Source of the DNA: Antedon mediterranea
Taxonomy: Eukaryota > Animalia > Echinodermata
Direction: 5' to 3'
DNA: 64,000 nt
NCBI RefSeq assembly: GCF_964355755.1
Contig: NC_092675.1
Span: forward strand, 18,076,912-18,140,911
This document shows positions 49,737 to 63,163 of the stretch, piece after piece. A program made the translations under genes and the position numbers. Each line of letters opens with the position of its first letter. Position 1 is the first letter of the stretch. A model generated the notes under the pieces. It worked only from the letters and a program-made list of their open reading frames with translations, made no database searches and had not been told where the DNA came from.

Positions 49737-50216
49737 ATTTACCTCCGCCAAGAAGGTTCTGTATATGTAACCGATTGCGTGTGTGTGTCTGTTACTATTA
49801 GCAAGATTTTACTCAAAAAGTTATTGGAAGATCTTTACGAAAATACAGATAGATGTGGTTAAGGACCACTCCATTACATTTTGGAGGCAAGCCGTACCAC
49901 AGTCCCAATTCTGGATCAGTTTTTAGTATTGTTTTCAGACCAGCTAGTGTTAAAAGATAGGACAGAATTTTCAAAAGCCAGCGAGCAGTCTTAGCCTAAA
50001 GTAACCTGAAATTGCATTTTCTCGAAAACTACTTGTCCAAATAACTTCATTTTTATACAAGAGGCAAGAGGTATAATGTGTGATTTGTAATCTTTACACC
50101 AAACTCGCATACACATGCTTGTAGTAAAATTAGCCTCACACAGCATTAAGACACACACAAATATAATATATTTTCTGGAGAAATTCCGTATGCACTCTCG
50201 AAGTGGCTTTCTAGTT
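49737..50216 (+). mobile_element. Helitron/Helentron-like non-autonomous element
   Basis: 5' TTTACCTCCGCCAAGAAGGTT..., (GT)n tract, 3' TATGCACTCTCGAAGTGGCTTTCTAGTT (short hairpin plus CTAGT in a T context). Confidence 0.6.
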
Positions 50217-53200
50217 TAAAAATGTTATCATCTGAAATCATTCTGTAGGACTAAACTCAATTTGAATTAATTTTTCTTTACCAATGATACTGTACAGTTA
50301 CTTTAAAGTAAATTGTGTTTATATTACGTACTTTACTTCAATAGATTACAGATATATGTAGACACTACAGCAGCACATTCATTAACGCTAAATCTCGAAA
50401 CGCAATATATTTAATCAGGTTACACGCAACCCAGAATCTATAAATTACAATGACCTTTTGACGATTAATTTGGAACAGGATTTTTGTTTTCTTTTCATAT
50501 TGATGATGACAATGAAAATAATATTAACACGCGTGTACACACTACATACAATACATTCTTTACTGTATGAAATTGAAAAGCGTAGTTAAACACATTGGTA
50601 GTGATAAAGTACATAATGATACATAAAAATGTAATTTTTAAAGTTTGGGAGTCAATGAAAAATATTTGTTGTGTTTCTTTTATAAGTTTGATTTAAAAAC
50701 TCCCCTACTGATTACATTTGTTGTAAATTAGATATTAAACCTTTATCCGATTTGCATTAATATAATAATAATGAGATATACCCACTTCTGTGTTGGGCCA
50801 TTGGATGATGGTTTCCTCTTGGGCTATTGGCCAAATGTTTTAATAAATTTAAAATAAAAATTGGAAAAATTCAAATCGCATAATAAAATTTCAATTCATT
50901 TGCATAACACACTTTAAGGGTGCAATGAAGTACAGTATTTTCTTTAATATCATGTGACATACAATCTTCCAATCAAATGGCAAGAATCTACTTACTGTAA
51001 CCTGTATGTTATAATTTTAGTAAATGATGTATAAATTGGAAAAATAGACTGTGATACATAATTTTAATTATGAAAAAGGTATAAATATTTAATTTGCCAT
51101 CAATTGTAAATCTATGAAATTACAGTATAAGATTACATACATTTATGCTACAGAATTTTATTAATTAAATCTTGATAATAATTAATATAATTTTTATAAT
51201 TACTAAAATATCGTTTATAATAAAAATTGTCATTGATAATGATAATAATTTGTAGTGGTTATGGTTGAGTGCTCATGGGGTCAATTTCTATACTTGAGTT
51301 CACAATAATACAATGTAACTTTTTAATTGGTTAATACAGTCAGTGGCTGTCAATGGTGCTTACATTTTTTTGATGTCATCGCCATTTCCTTCCATTCTTT
51401 CCATTGGGCACTGTTGTGTTTTCTTTTTATTTGTGAGAATCTAGAAGACCACATTGTAGCTAGAACTGATATCAATAAATTAAGGTTTTATTTATTTAGT
51501 AACAGATTTATGAAATAAGCAATAACATTTTTAATTTCATCCCAAATTCCTTATTATTTTTGTAAATTATATTTAATTTTTGCCATGTACTATTATTAAT
51601 GATATTAACTGTTATAATGAAATGTAATGCATTTGTTTTGTTTATTGATTTTTCAGTAATTACTACAATAGATATTTCCTTAATTTTATTATTTTAATTA
51701 ACATTTAGTAACCAATTTAATCGCAACAAACAGTGCCTTGTAAATTAACACTCTAAATGGGTGTACAAGCTATCATGTTTTAAATATAAATTATAATAAT
51801 AGACCAGGGAGTTTATAATTACAACTCCCTGTTTAGACTAATGTTCATAGCGTGCTTTAACAAGCGGATTGTGATGCTAAATGTTGTACAATTACCAACA
51901 TAATGTGCATTCATTATTTTATTTCCCATGTGATTGTAGGCCTACTTCCAGTACATTATTTTAATATAAAACATGCCACATTTTAGTAACTGTATATTAG
52001 GTTGCAATGTAATTTTTGCATTGGAAATTTGTTAATGCTTTTGAAAGAGCATGGGTACCCTCCCTCAACTGGGTGGATGTATAGAGACTACAGAGAAAAA
52101 ACATGAGATTAGATGGAATGATATATACAGTACTTTGCATGGAAAATATTTTCTGAAGATCTTTTTGTACATTTAATGAAAAAGACAATTTTTCCACTAT
52201 ACGTACAGTACTATACAATTTACAATGATTCACAAAAACTCCAAAATTAAAACAAATGAATCAACTATGAGTTTCCAGTATGAAGTCTATTCATTGCCAT
52301 TAATACTCTATCTGTGTACACGTACGGTATACTGACATAAGTTTTGCCCTAACCCCTGGAAAACTATTTAGTGTATTACGCATGAAAAATTCCAGATTGC
52401 TTTTTCTGAATTTGTTATTATGATTGTTTGTTAGTGTTTCAATTATACAGTAATTGTAATAAATGTAGTATGATTGATGCAAACTGTACAAACAAAAAAA
52501 TTTAAATTGCAGTATATTTATTTAATTCAGCAACATTTACCACAAGTTGACTGCATGCTTGAAGCTAATATTAATAAACTTACAGTAAATTCTGTAATAT
52601 AGCTAATTACCTCTCCATACAACTCAAGTTTCATTGACGACGGTAAAAAAACATCTTCATTTTATGATTAATGTCAGTTTGCTAAATTCAGGAACGCTAT
52701 AATAAGCGGGAAAGATGTATAGTTTTTTAGTGAATTTGATTGGCTATTGAGAACTATCATACTTCGAACGATGATGGTTGATAGTTGATATCCAGTTAAT
52801 TTATCGACATTATGTGCGATTTTTCATCACTTATGGTTTTTACTCTTTTTAAAATCTAATTGCGTACAGAATGTGTAGGTATTGGTTACATGGATTTTTA
52901 GTCGTGATTGTAGAGTTTCCATTCCCACATAAATTATTACTGATTTTGAGAATTTTTTTTGTACTATATTTTGCTGTAGTGTTCAATAAATTTTAGTAAA
53001 TTAATTAATATAAATATAGTACAGTTACATAATTAATGTGAAAATATTTTATGCGAGTGAGAATCAAAGATAGACTGTTTCCAAAAGTGAAGCCTATCTT
53101 TTTACTTGATATGCGTGTGGCCTCGACATGAAAATGCGCTAATTCTTTATGCGCCATCTAAGGCAAAACTGGACCGAGTGTGAAAGACACTTTAAAACTT

Positions 53201-53777
53201 GCTTTGTATACTGTCATTTTATAAATACCTCAAAATATTTCTTTTCAAAAACATAAATAACATATCATGGTGTGTCATATTTATGTAGTGAAATGTGCCT
53301 TGCAGTACATTACATTATATTAAAAATAGATTAAACAAACCTGATACACAACTACCTCATGTGAAGTGTTTTCTAAAGATAGCATCTAACTCAGCTGGTT
53401 ATTGAACGTCATTCACTTCCTACTCTTAACCCATCGAAACAGAAACATACTATACAAATGTAACACTGTAAAATACAACATTGTAAGTAAACAAATACTG
53501 TATTATTACTGAAATGCTGTACATGTATGTATTATTTTTTAAGCCTGTATGAATTTTAAAATCTGATAATTTCATTACATTTTCATTTGCCAATGTACAG
53601 TAGAGTAGCAAATTGCTACACACACTCAACTTCCCTACACATTATTAATTAACAATTGATATGAATAGCAAAACTGTAGAATACTATGTTTTCTAACTCA
53701 GACTTCAGATTAATTATCCTATCAAACTTTCCAAATGAACATTTGCACTGAATGAAATTGATAAATAATACTATTAG

Positions 53778-53937
53778 CCTTGTCTATAATATCATTATCA
53801 AACTTTATGTAACAAAAAAATGTGATGTGCCCATATATAGACATGATAATGTCATATTACTACCATATTTGGGCATCACGACCATATTTTGGGACATCAC
53901 ACTTTTTTTGTCAAACTAGTTTGATATAGATAGTGCT
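53778..53937. mobile_element. Palindromic MITE family copy
   Basis: Same core as 2697-2835, ends eroded. Confidence 0.75.
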
Positions 53938-54365
53938 TAAGTCTGTAAATTTATTGTGCATTTCCTAGAAGAAGGATGTGAGGTTGTATACTTCTAGTAA
54001 GTCAAGGAAATTGATGACAATAGGTAATTCAGTTTAAACAAAAATTCCTGTTGGTGGTGGCACAATAGAATTGGTATTTGACTTGATAAATATTGCTTCC
54101 ATCCAGTTGGAATGAAAGGAAAACAATTATTGTATTATTGTATTATTAATATTGGCTATTATCAGGAAAGAATTAAGGAAGTGACTATTGTTAGTTCTAA
54201 TACTAAAAGTACTGTATAAAGACAAATAACATTCGTTATGGAGGAATTATTTCTCTGTGATTGAATAAAGCAGATGATTTTATTCTAAGAGAAACAAAAG
54301 AAAACAAGACCCAAAAAAAGTATAATATTTTTGTTCCATTGCAGAGTTGAATCAAACAAATAGTC

Positions 54366-57300
54366 ATGAATACATTAAAGGGCTTTTGGAGAGTGTCGAC
54401 TCGACGCTCATCTTCCAGTTCCACACAAGACAACTCCTTGGGTCTGATGCATCTAAGGAAGCTCTACGTTGAGCTATGCTGCTCAGTTCAACCTTTGACC
54501 CAAAAGGAACAGGAAGATAAACTGTATGTCATGCTGCCTCTGTTTTGCAAGGTATGTGAATTGTCTCTAATTTGAGACCAGTGGCCATATTCACCTTTCA
54601 CACTTAGGCTAAAAGGGAAACCCTTAAAATTAAGGAAATCTCTTAGTAAATACAACAAAGGAAATAAATATTTATTTAGTTAAGTGAAATACTTAATATT
54701 TCTAAGGGAAATATCTCACTTAAGTGCCATTGGTTAATATGGCGTCAGATTTCTATGATTTTATTTAAACCAGTTGCACTGTTGCTTGGTGGTTAACATG
54801 TTCTGTTTCTAATGCTGCCAGGTTCAAATCCTGGTTACACTGACAAGATTTTTGTCCAGGTCAAATCAATGTCTACTAACCAAAATCTTTACAACAAAAA
54901 TATACTATATATTTCTGCCACTTTATGTTGCAGGTATTTGAAACCAGCCCAGCGTCTGACATGAAGGATAAGTTTGGAGATGTACATCCATTTACAGGTC
55001 ATATATCAAGATTATTTGTTACAGAAGTTAGACGAAGAGCATCAAATCCATCTCCAGGTATTGACTATTCATCCTCACTATTCTTTTGCTAGGCTTACCA
55101 AACACAAGCTTTTGCTTCTTTGGTTCTTTGCCCTCTTCTTTTTTTTTTTTACCTTATTGAATTTATTACTAATATTATTACTGTATTTATTAAGAAAGAT
55201 ATACTTGAAATGAAATGAAATCTTTATATTAAAATATCCAGATACAAATTTTGATTATGTTTATTACCATGAGAGAAAGATTCTTTTTTACAAAAGGTAA
55301 TCATTTCATCGTGGTGTGATGAAATATTATTTTCTTCGATCTTGGATATTATTACCTTGATATCATCAATAGAGGCATCTTCTATAGCTATAATTATACA
55401 GTTCATCTAATGATATTTCAAATTATCTGTTTTCTGAGAAATCTTAATAAGTTATTTTTTTCATCATTATTTTATTATGAAAGTCCGTGTTGACATCATC
55501 ACATCAATCTATAATATTAACCATGATTAATATTAATGAAAAAAATCACTACAGTAATTCAGCATACATTGCCAACTATAAACGACGAAATGCACAATCT
55601 ATAAACTGTGAATATTATGCATACAAAATTACGTTCCTTTCTTTCCATAAACGATAGACTAGCAGACCTACGGAATAAATCATTGAGTTAATATCAACAG
55701 TAAATGCACAAATTTAAAACATGCTAATCAGAGATGTTGCTGAGCTATTACACCCATGTATTTACAGGGATTAGGTCATTTGATGGGTTTGGCAGTATTC
55801 ATTTATGAAGGCTTGCATGCATCATGATAGGTTTTTTTACTGCAATTATGAAGATATTTTGTCAGCAAATGAGTAGTATAACGATAAAGCTTCGTCTATA
55901 TTACTTTAATGGCTGAATAGTTTTGAAATAATCTGTGTAAATATAAATATTTTATTTTCACATACAGTACTGTAGTATAGTAATGTATTACCAGACTATT
56001 GAAATGTTATGAGCAATTCTATTTCATAGATGTTCTGTTTTGCTTAAGGCTACACATTACACATTTATGCACTTCATTTGAGATAGACTGTCTCTTCTGA
56101 GATATGAAAAATATTGATACATTTTCACCAAGACAATTTTTTTTTAATTTTTGAATATTATTTTATTTAGTAATAATAATAATAATTTTAAAACAGTTGC
56201 TTTGCTTATTAGATTTTATGATAATGAGTCAAATAGAAAAATTATTGGAAGTGATAATAGACCTACATTTAATTTCGTAGGCTATTAAAAAATACTGTTT
56301 TATGAATATTTGAAATTGTTTTTAATAACAAATTATCATATATTTTTTTTATACAGTTTATAGGGAAAAAGTAGTATATTTTAAATATAACAGTAGGTTA
56401 AAATGATTTGTAATACTGAGAGGTTGAGAGATGATTTTATATGGTTTTAAAATGCACACATTATTTAGTAACTGTAAATAAATATCACTGAACAACAAGA
56501 GCTATTATGAAAGCACTCAAAACTGGTACTTCCCAAAATATTACTACATGTTGATATTTTGGCCCATGTTAAATTTTCTTCTTTTTATCAATGAACCAAT
56601 TGCATGTTCTGTTTAAAGTACAGTATATACCTACAGTATTTACACTGAAATATTTCATTTAGAATGATTGAAAATTGTAGGCGCTATCGTGCTAACAAAC
56701 AAAGAAAGGAATACTTTTACTTACAAAATTATAATAATAGAATAATTTGAAAGCCTTTTAGGGCACATTTGTTGAGGGAATTCACTACCAATTAAGATTA
56801 TCCCTGTTCTTAGTGTGAAAACATGTTAAGACTGTACCATAAGCAATGAAAGGTAAATTACCAAAGTGTTCAAATAAGTACAGTATAGTGTGAACACACT
56901 TTGGAACAGGATTCCACAAAGTTGTAGAAGAAACTCGCTAAGATTTTTGCATCTCACTACAATTTTAATTTGATTTTATTTTATCTAATTTTAGAGAAAG
57001 CAAGTCGAGATATAGCTGAATATATTGAAATACAAGGTAATGGATTAGAGGAAAGAAGTCGTGGATGGATGCTTCTACGAACTCTGACCTTGTTGAGCTC
57101 TGGGGGTCAAAGCATTGTTGATGTTATGACCTCATGTTCGCTACCATCTACTTTGGTCAAGTGTCTGTACTTATTTTTTGACCTACCACCAATTGAGAAG
57201 GAGGAAAAAGCTGTAGAACAGAAAGATGGTCAAAGAAGTGATTTCTCACCATATGAGAGGCGAGTTCTTCTACAAAAGGTGTTTTTGCAGGTAAGGTATT

Positions 57301-60300
57301 GGGTACTATTGTAAAATAACATGCTTCCAATATAATTTAGCCCTACTGTTACCAGAATTGTGCAAAAACTACTACTTTTGAATATGTGTAGGGCTTGATT
57401 GATAACACTGTTAGACATCATTGATATTATTAAGCGGGTAATGTAACATAACAATCAACCACTACGTAACATTACATTAGTGGTTGATTGTTACGTTAGT
57501 GGGTGATACAGGGTGGGGATGAAGCATGTGATAAATATTGTTGTTTCAGATGAGTTTTTTTATTCAAAATGTTCCAACAATTCATTCTGTTGTTCATATG
57601 TTTCTTTGTCATTTACTTTGGCATATGGTTTACAGAAGTCCTTGTATAAGAATATACCATTACATACAGATGTAGTGTATAGCAAGTATTAATATGAACA
57701 AACGCAATGATACAACAGATTGTACAAATGCCATTACAGTACGTACTGTACACCAAGTGCATTTATTACAAATATTGCAATACTTAAAACACAGTATTCA
57801 CTTTTCCCTGAGTATATGTTATTTTCTTCTTTTTGTGATGCAATTAATATTTATGAACAAGTCTAGACTTTTCCATTGGAAATAATACCATTCTAGTTTT
57901 TTTTGTGGTATTTGTTAATGTAGTACTTAAAAATGATTAAATTACATTAACAACTTAACAATGTATTCTTATTTGTTCTTGAGCCTGAGGCCAGTAAATG
58001 TAACTCAGTGTTTTGCTCATTATGTAGTGATGAAGGTATTATTAAAAATGCGAATCAGTATACCAAATTTTTATTTCAAACTACACATGTCGTCACAAGC
58101 TTTTGGCTTCAGTAGGAAGTTTATTGACAGTATATCTTCCATAGATACTTTGCATAAAACACTATGCTAAACATACTCAAAAGGATTCAATTACCCTGTG
58201 TCGTACCGTATTCACTTCGTTTGCGTTTGCAAATTGCTAAACAGCATTCTATTAAACAGAAACGCCCACTTTTTTGTAACCATTATTTTTAGGCTTCCAT
58301 AAACTAATTGTTTCTGCTGGCAAGAAATTTGGTGTAATTTAATATTAATCAGTTATTTTTTCACAGCAGAAACGTACCAAAACCTAAGAATAATAATAAT
58401 AATCTTCCACAATGACACATCAAGACACACATACTGTAGGTTTCCATGTTTTTATTCACTCAGTGACAAAAAATCAATAAACAACAACTCATTAGAGATA
58501 ATTCATTTTCAAGGAATTCCGTCATTAACAGTGATTGGATTTACTTGCAGCTGAACGTGTGTTTAAGACCTCGTAAAAACCAACACAACTTTAACAATTG
58601 ATCAGTTCTGCTACCCGAGTAATATTAAAGATTTAATTGTTACATTGAAATGTTCTCGTTTAAAATTCCCTGGCTTGGTAATGGGCTAGACTAAATGTCA
58701 ACAACATAAATTAAATATGTGAAACATGCTTTAACGATATAGAGACAACGTCTACGCTATACAGTGAGTATTGAATTGAATGAAATGAAATAACCAGATA
58801 TGTTAATGTTACTAGTATTCCAAATGCCAATGGTACATTTAATAGCAATAAAAGTACTTTTTTTGTAATATTAAGACTTGTTATACTGTAAATTTTTTTA
58901 AATCTTATTTTAATGTAAATATTATTTAGTTTTACAAAACTCTAGGTTCACAGTATGATGATATAACTTTAAAGTTACATTTTCTCAAAATATAGTAAAA
59001 AATGTATACATGATCGAGTTATGTATAAATATATCACTGAAACAATGGTTACATAGTAGATCATATTAATAATAATTATGTTGAGTTAATTGTTTTAATT
59101 AACATGCATTTATTATCAGGTACACTGTTGAACCCTGACATGAAGTTCTTGAATTATGCCTATGTTGTGAGTGAGTGGCCGAGCGGTTAAGACAGTGGAA
59201 CTGTAATCACGTAGCCATAACATCGGCAGGGCTTCGAGGCTCACTCACTCCATGGTTCTGGTGGTAGAACGAGTCTTCTCGGATAAGGACTATAAACCGT
59301 AGGTCCAGTGTACACAACTTGCTCGTGTGCACTTTAAAAGAACCTAGTACATCTTTCGAGACGAGTAGGGGGTCACCCCGGTGTACTAGTACATCACAGC
59401 CACTGATCACCAACTGGGCCCTCTGGGAGATCAGTCTTTGACTGAAGAGGTCACCCAGTATAAAGATAAAACAAACAAAAACAAATGTTGCTCTCATTGT
59501 GTGTGTTATTCTTGTGTCAAAAATGGAATATTGCTGTACAATATTTAGAAATATTAATCAAAAGCTTATTTTCTATCTTATATTTTAGACTACTGTATTA
59601 CTCTAGGTGTAGATATAATAATATTTTACATTTATTATTAGCAATATTAATAATTAATGTTTTAGGTTCAAAAGACATCTAAATTGTAATATTTTGGTTT
59701 AAAGTGAGTAAACTTTTTTGTTGTTGATCCAATAATGAGTAAATAATTAGTACAACAAAAACTTTTTTGTTTGTGAAACATAGATAGTAAGAACATTTTT
59801 TTAATTTACTCATTATTGGATCAAAAACAAAAAAAAGATTATTCTGTAAATTATTTATTTGGATCGGAATGAAATTATTTCATGTAATGTTGACTAATGA
59901 TTAAACATATCAACCACAGGCACAATGTCCACACACGCTTTAGCATCTAGTAATATTTATAGACACTACCTAACATATGTAAATGTACATAGTTACTGAA
60001 ATTTATGAGCAATTATTATATAACGTCAATAAATATTACATATATCAAGCAATTAAACAAATAAAACAGTAATAAATAGCGGTAAAATTATAATTATATT
60101 TCTTTATGGTGAACATTAATAATTTTCTTTTCAAAGCCTAAAACATTACTGTATATTTAATTTTTAACAAATATTTCTTAGAAAACCTTTGTTCGACTTT
60201 TACCGTAAAATTCAATTTTAATTGTTTCTGCAGAAATATGATTTATTATCAATTATTTTTGTTTACCACCAAACAGTAGTAAATATTTTGTATAACGTAA

Positions 60301-63163
60301 ACATAGTCTGGCCTACTGTACAGAACAAAAATATAATCTTAAACTAAACTATAGTACTGCACTTATTCTGGTAAGGTCGTAGTGTCGACCCACATTATAT
60401 CCCATCATTCAAGTAAACAAAATTTCTAATTTCCCAACCGCCAACAAACGTACTGTACTCGCCATCAAACAATTCCTATATAGGTCTACACACCATTCAG
60501 CAAAAAACATTTACCATAGAAAAAGAAATATTTTGACCATAATATGCAATGATAAATTGATGGTATTAATATTCCCGGACTATTTTGAGAGCCGAAGACA
60601 TTGTTTGACTACTGTCTACTGTACATAAATCTCATGGACTCTCTTCTTTCAGACATGCTTTGAGGTTTGAGCATGTTCAGTATGAGTTTACAAATTCCCT
60701 TTTTTGTTTCAACCTTAGTATACAGTTTCATAATGCTTCTGTTCTCTTGAATCTGAACTCTGAAGGCATGCAACAAAAAATGTAATAATCTCTATAATCT
60801 AGTGGTTAAGCATAGGTCTATAACATTTTTTTTATTATCATAAAATGCAAATCTCATCTTTTAAATGACAAAAGAAGGGAATTAAATTTAATCTATAACA
60901 ATCAACAAAAAATTGCTGCATGTTCGCTGCAACATACACTTATGAAATAATTGAATTCAAAACAAAAAGGTGACATTGATTGCAAGGTTATTTGCAGTTA
61001 CATTACAAGACATTCTTTGTTATCATTATTTAAACTATAAAAGATGCTTGGTAGTTTGGAATTTGTAAATAAAATGGTAAATAATCTTTGAACACTTTAT
61101 TTTTTGTTTTGTATTTCTATAAATAGAATGGTCCTCATTAAAAGCAGTTATTTTTGATAAAATAAATTTACCCATAAATGTACAAAAAACCTATGCAATA
61201 ATAAACTGTATATTATCATCTCAGGATCTCCATTAAGATCTTTCTACACTATCAAACTAGTTTGACAAAAAAGTATGATGTGCCCAAATATGGTAGTAGT
61301 GATGTGCCTAAATATGGTAGTGATATGACATCATCATGTCCATATATGGGCACATCATATTTTTTTGTCACATACAGTTTGATAATGTAGACAGAGCTTT
61401 ACTTTGTAAGGAAGCTCGGATTATACAATATAAAAATGCATAGGTTTTGTAAAAAAGTTCATTTGAGCATTATTGCAAGGGCAGTATTTTGGATTATTTC
61501 ATGTGACTATTCTTATACACTATTGTTAAACGTACCATCACTGCAGTGGAGTTAAGAACACTGTTTAACTGTCAGTGTATTTACATTGAAAGGAAATGAT
61601 CAATTGTAGTCAAGGAAATTGATGAATTTTAATGCACCTGATGGGAGAGAGTAGGGTGAATCAGGGAACTGATCATTACAGGAAATGATCTGATGATTAA
61701 TAAACCACACATCATCATGGCTTATATAAACATTTACATAATTTTGTTAAATTTTTTGCTTATACCATAATAAAAAGTATAATGGTATGCTAAAGCAATC
61801 AATCAAACTTTATGTGACAAAAAATGTGATGTGCCCATATATAGACATGATGATGTCATATTACTACCATATTTGAGCATATCACTACCATATTTGGGCA
61901 CATCACACTTTTTTTGTCAAACCATTAGGTCCATGGTCAAACTAATTTGATAGACAGAGCTTTAGGGAATGGAGTAAAAATGTTTGAACATTGATTCAAT
62001 CTTATGATTTAGTTAGTAGGCAAGCATAACCACCAAGCTACAGTCTACATTATTTTCTAAGGATGAGTTAATGTATTTAAAAAAAAATTGTTGTGTAAAT
62101 ATAAATTTACAGTGAATTTATATATTTTTAAATTAGATTCACACGTTACTTATACAGTACTTTGTAAAAAAACCCAATCCCGTCTTAGTTGCTCCACCTC
62201 CCTCCCTCCAAAGCTCATGCATATTCAACAAGTTGATTGATCACATGATGCTTCAGAAAGAAACTCATTATATTTGACTTTTAATATCAGTCAAATTTTT
62301 GAATAAATTACAATTGTATTCCCATGTTTTCATATTTGAACATGTATGTAGACTCCATGTCTGTAGCTTGCCGGAACAACAATGATACGGATATGAAATG
62401 ATGGTATCTATTACGATCAATTCTCCTCTAAATACAAATGCTTGTTTTAATGATAAAATATACATTTTTTCTAGACAAGTGTAATATGTCAAATGTTGTC
62501 TGTATATATTTTCTGCATAATATTTGATGACTGCTGCTTGTTGAATTAAATTTGGTAATTCAAAGATATTCTCAAATTATGTGAATAAGAAGTAATTGGA
62601 TTTCTACAGTAGAAACATACAGAGTACATAATGTTATTTAAAAATGATTCGCTTTTGAGAAGTTTGAGAAAATGCAATTTATTTCATAAAGTTTTATCAT
62701 TGTTGTTTATTTTATTGTTTTACCACACACAAATGTAAACATAACATTAGTATTACAGATTAAACATAATTCAGATAAATAACAAGTTTTAACTTTAAAA
62801 ATGCCTCAAATAGATTCTAGAGAAATGTGTGGCAAGGGACCAAAATCTTTGAAACTTTAAGGCATGGCCTGTCATTTGTAAACACATATACAGTAATATA
62901 TAATGTTAATTTATGCATCTTCCTTAACATGTCATTTGATTAAAACGATAGATCATCCTTTTTTTTACAGTTATTGACACGTTTGTGTAACCACCAATCT
63001 CCAGCTGACGAGCTAGTCAGACGTGACGATCTAACTTTGTTGTTCAGCGCTATCACAAGCTGTTGTCCCCCTCACAATTTACCATGGAGGAAAGGTGCTG
63101 CTGAAGTGCTTGTCACGATCTCACGAATGGGCCTAGATCAAGACGTAGTACAATATATTCACA
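54366..63163 (+). CDS. WDFY3: WD repeat and FYVE domain-containing protein 3 (Alfy), first four coding exons (partial; continues beyond the right edge)
   Basis: Exons 54366-54551 (QDNSLGLMHLRKLY.ELC....PLTQKEQEDKLYVMLPLFCK), 54934-55057 (SRLFVTEVRRRASN), 56995-57290 (SRGWMLL..L.LLSSGGQ..VDVMT..SLPSTLVKCLYLFFDLP), 62971-63163 (DDLTLLFSAITSCCPPHNLPWRKGAAEVL.TISR.GL). Phases 0,1,0,1 are consistent and the peptides match the WDFY3 N-terminus as I recall it. Confidence 0.93.
59167..59484 (+). mobile_element. tRNA-derived Deu/Nin-domain SINE, full length
   Basis: Near-identical to 16517-16824; (AAAC)n tail. Confidence 0.88.
61236..61398. mobile_element. Palindromic MITE family copy
   Basis: CTACACTATCAAACT...AGTTTGATAATGTAGACAGAGCT. 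Confidence 0.85.
61801..61961. mobile_element. Palindromic MITE family copy (opposite orientation to 61236-61398) carrying a 13-bp micro-insertion
   Basis: Same core; GTCAAAC is duplicated around CATTAGGTCCATG. Confidence 0.8.

Noticed and set aside
52737-52880. Possible WDFY3 promoter/first exon (reverse CCAAT, AG|GTATTG donor)
   Set aside because: The motifs are too common to support without transcript data.
55224-55406. 60-aa minus-strand ORF faintly like the pre-RT region of a LINE
   Set aside because: The similarity is too short and no RT motifs follow.
59207-59497. 96-aa minus-strand ORF (and 14822-15007, 47429-47683)
   Set aside because: They lie within SINE or MITE copies.
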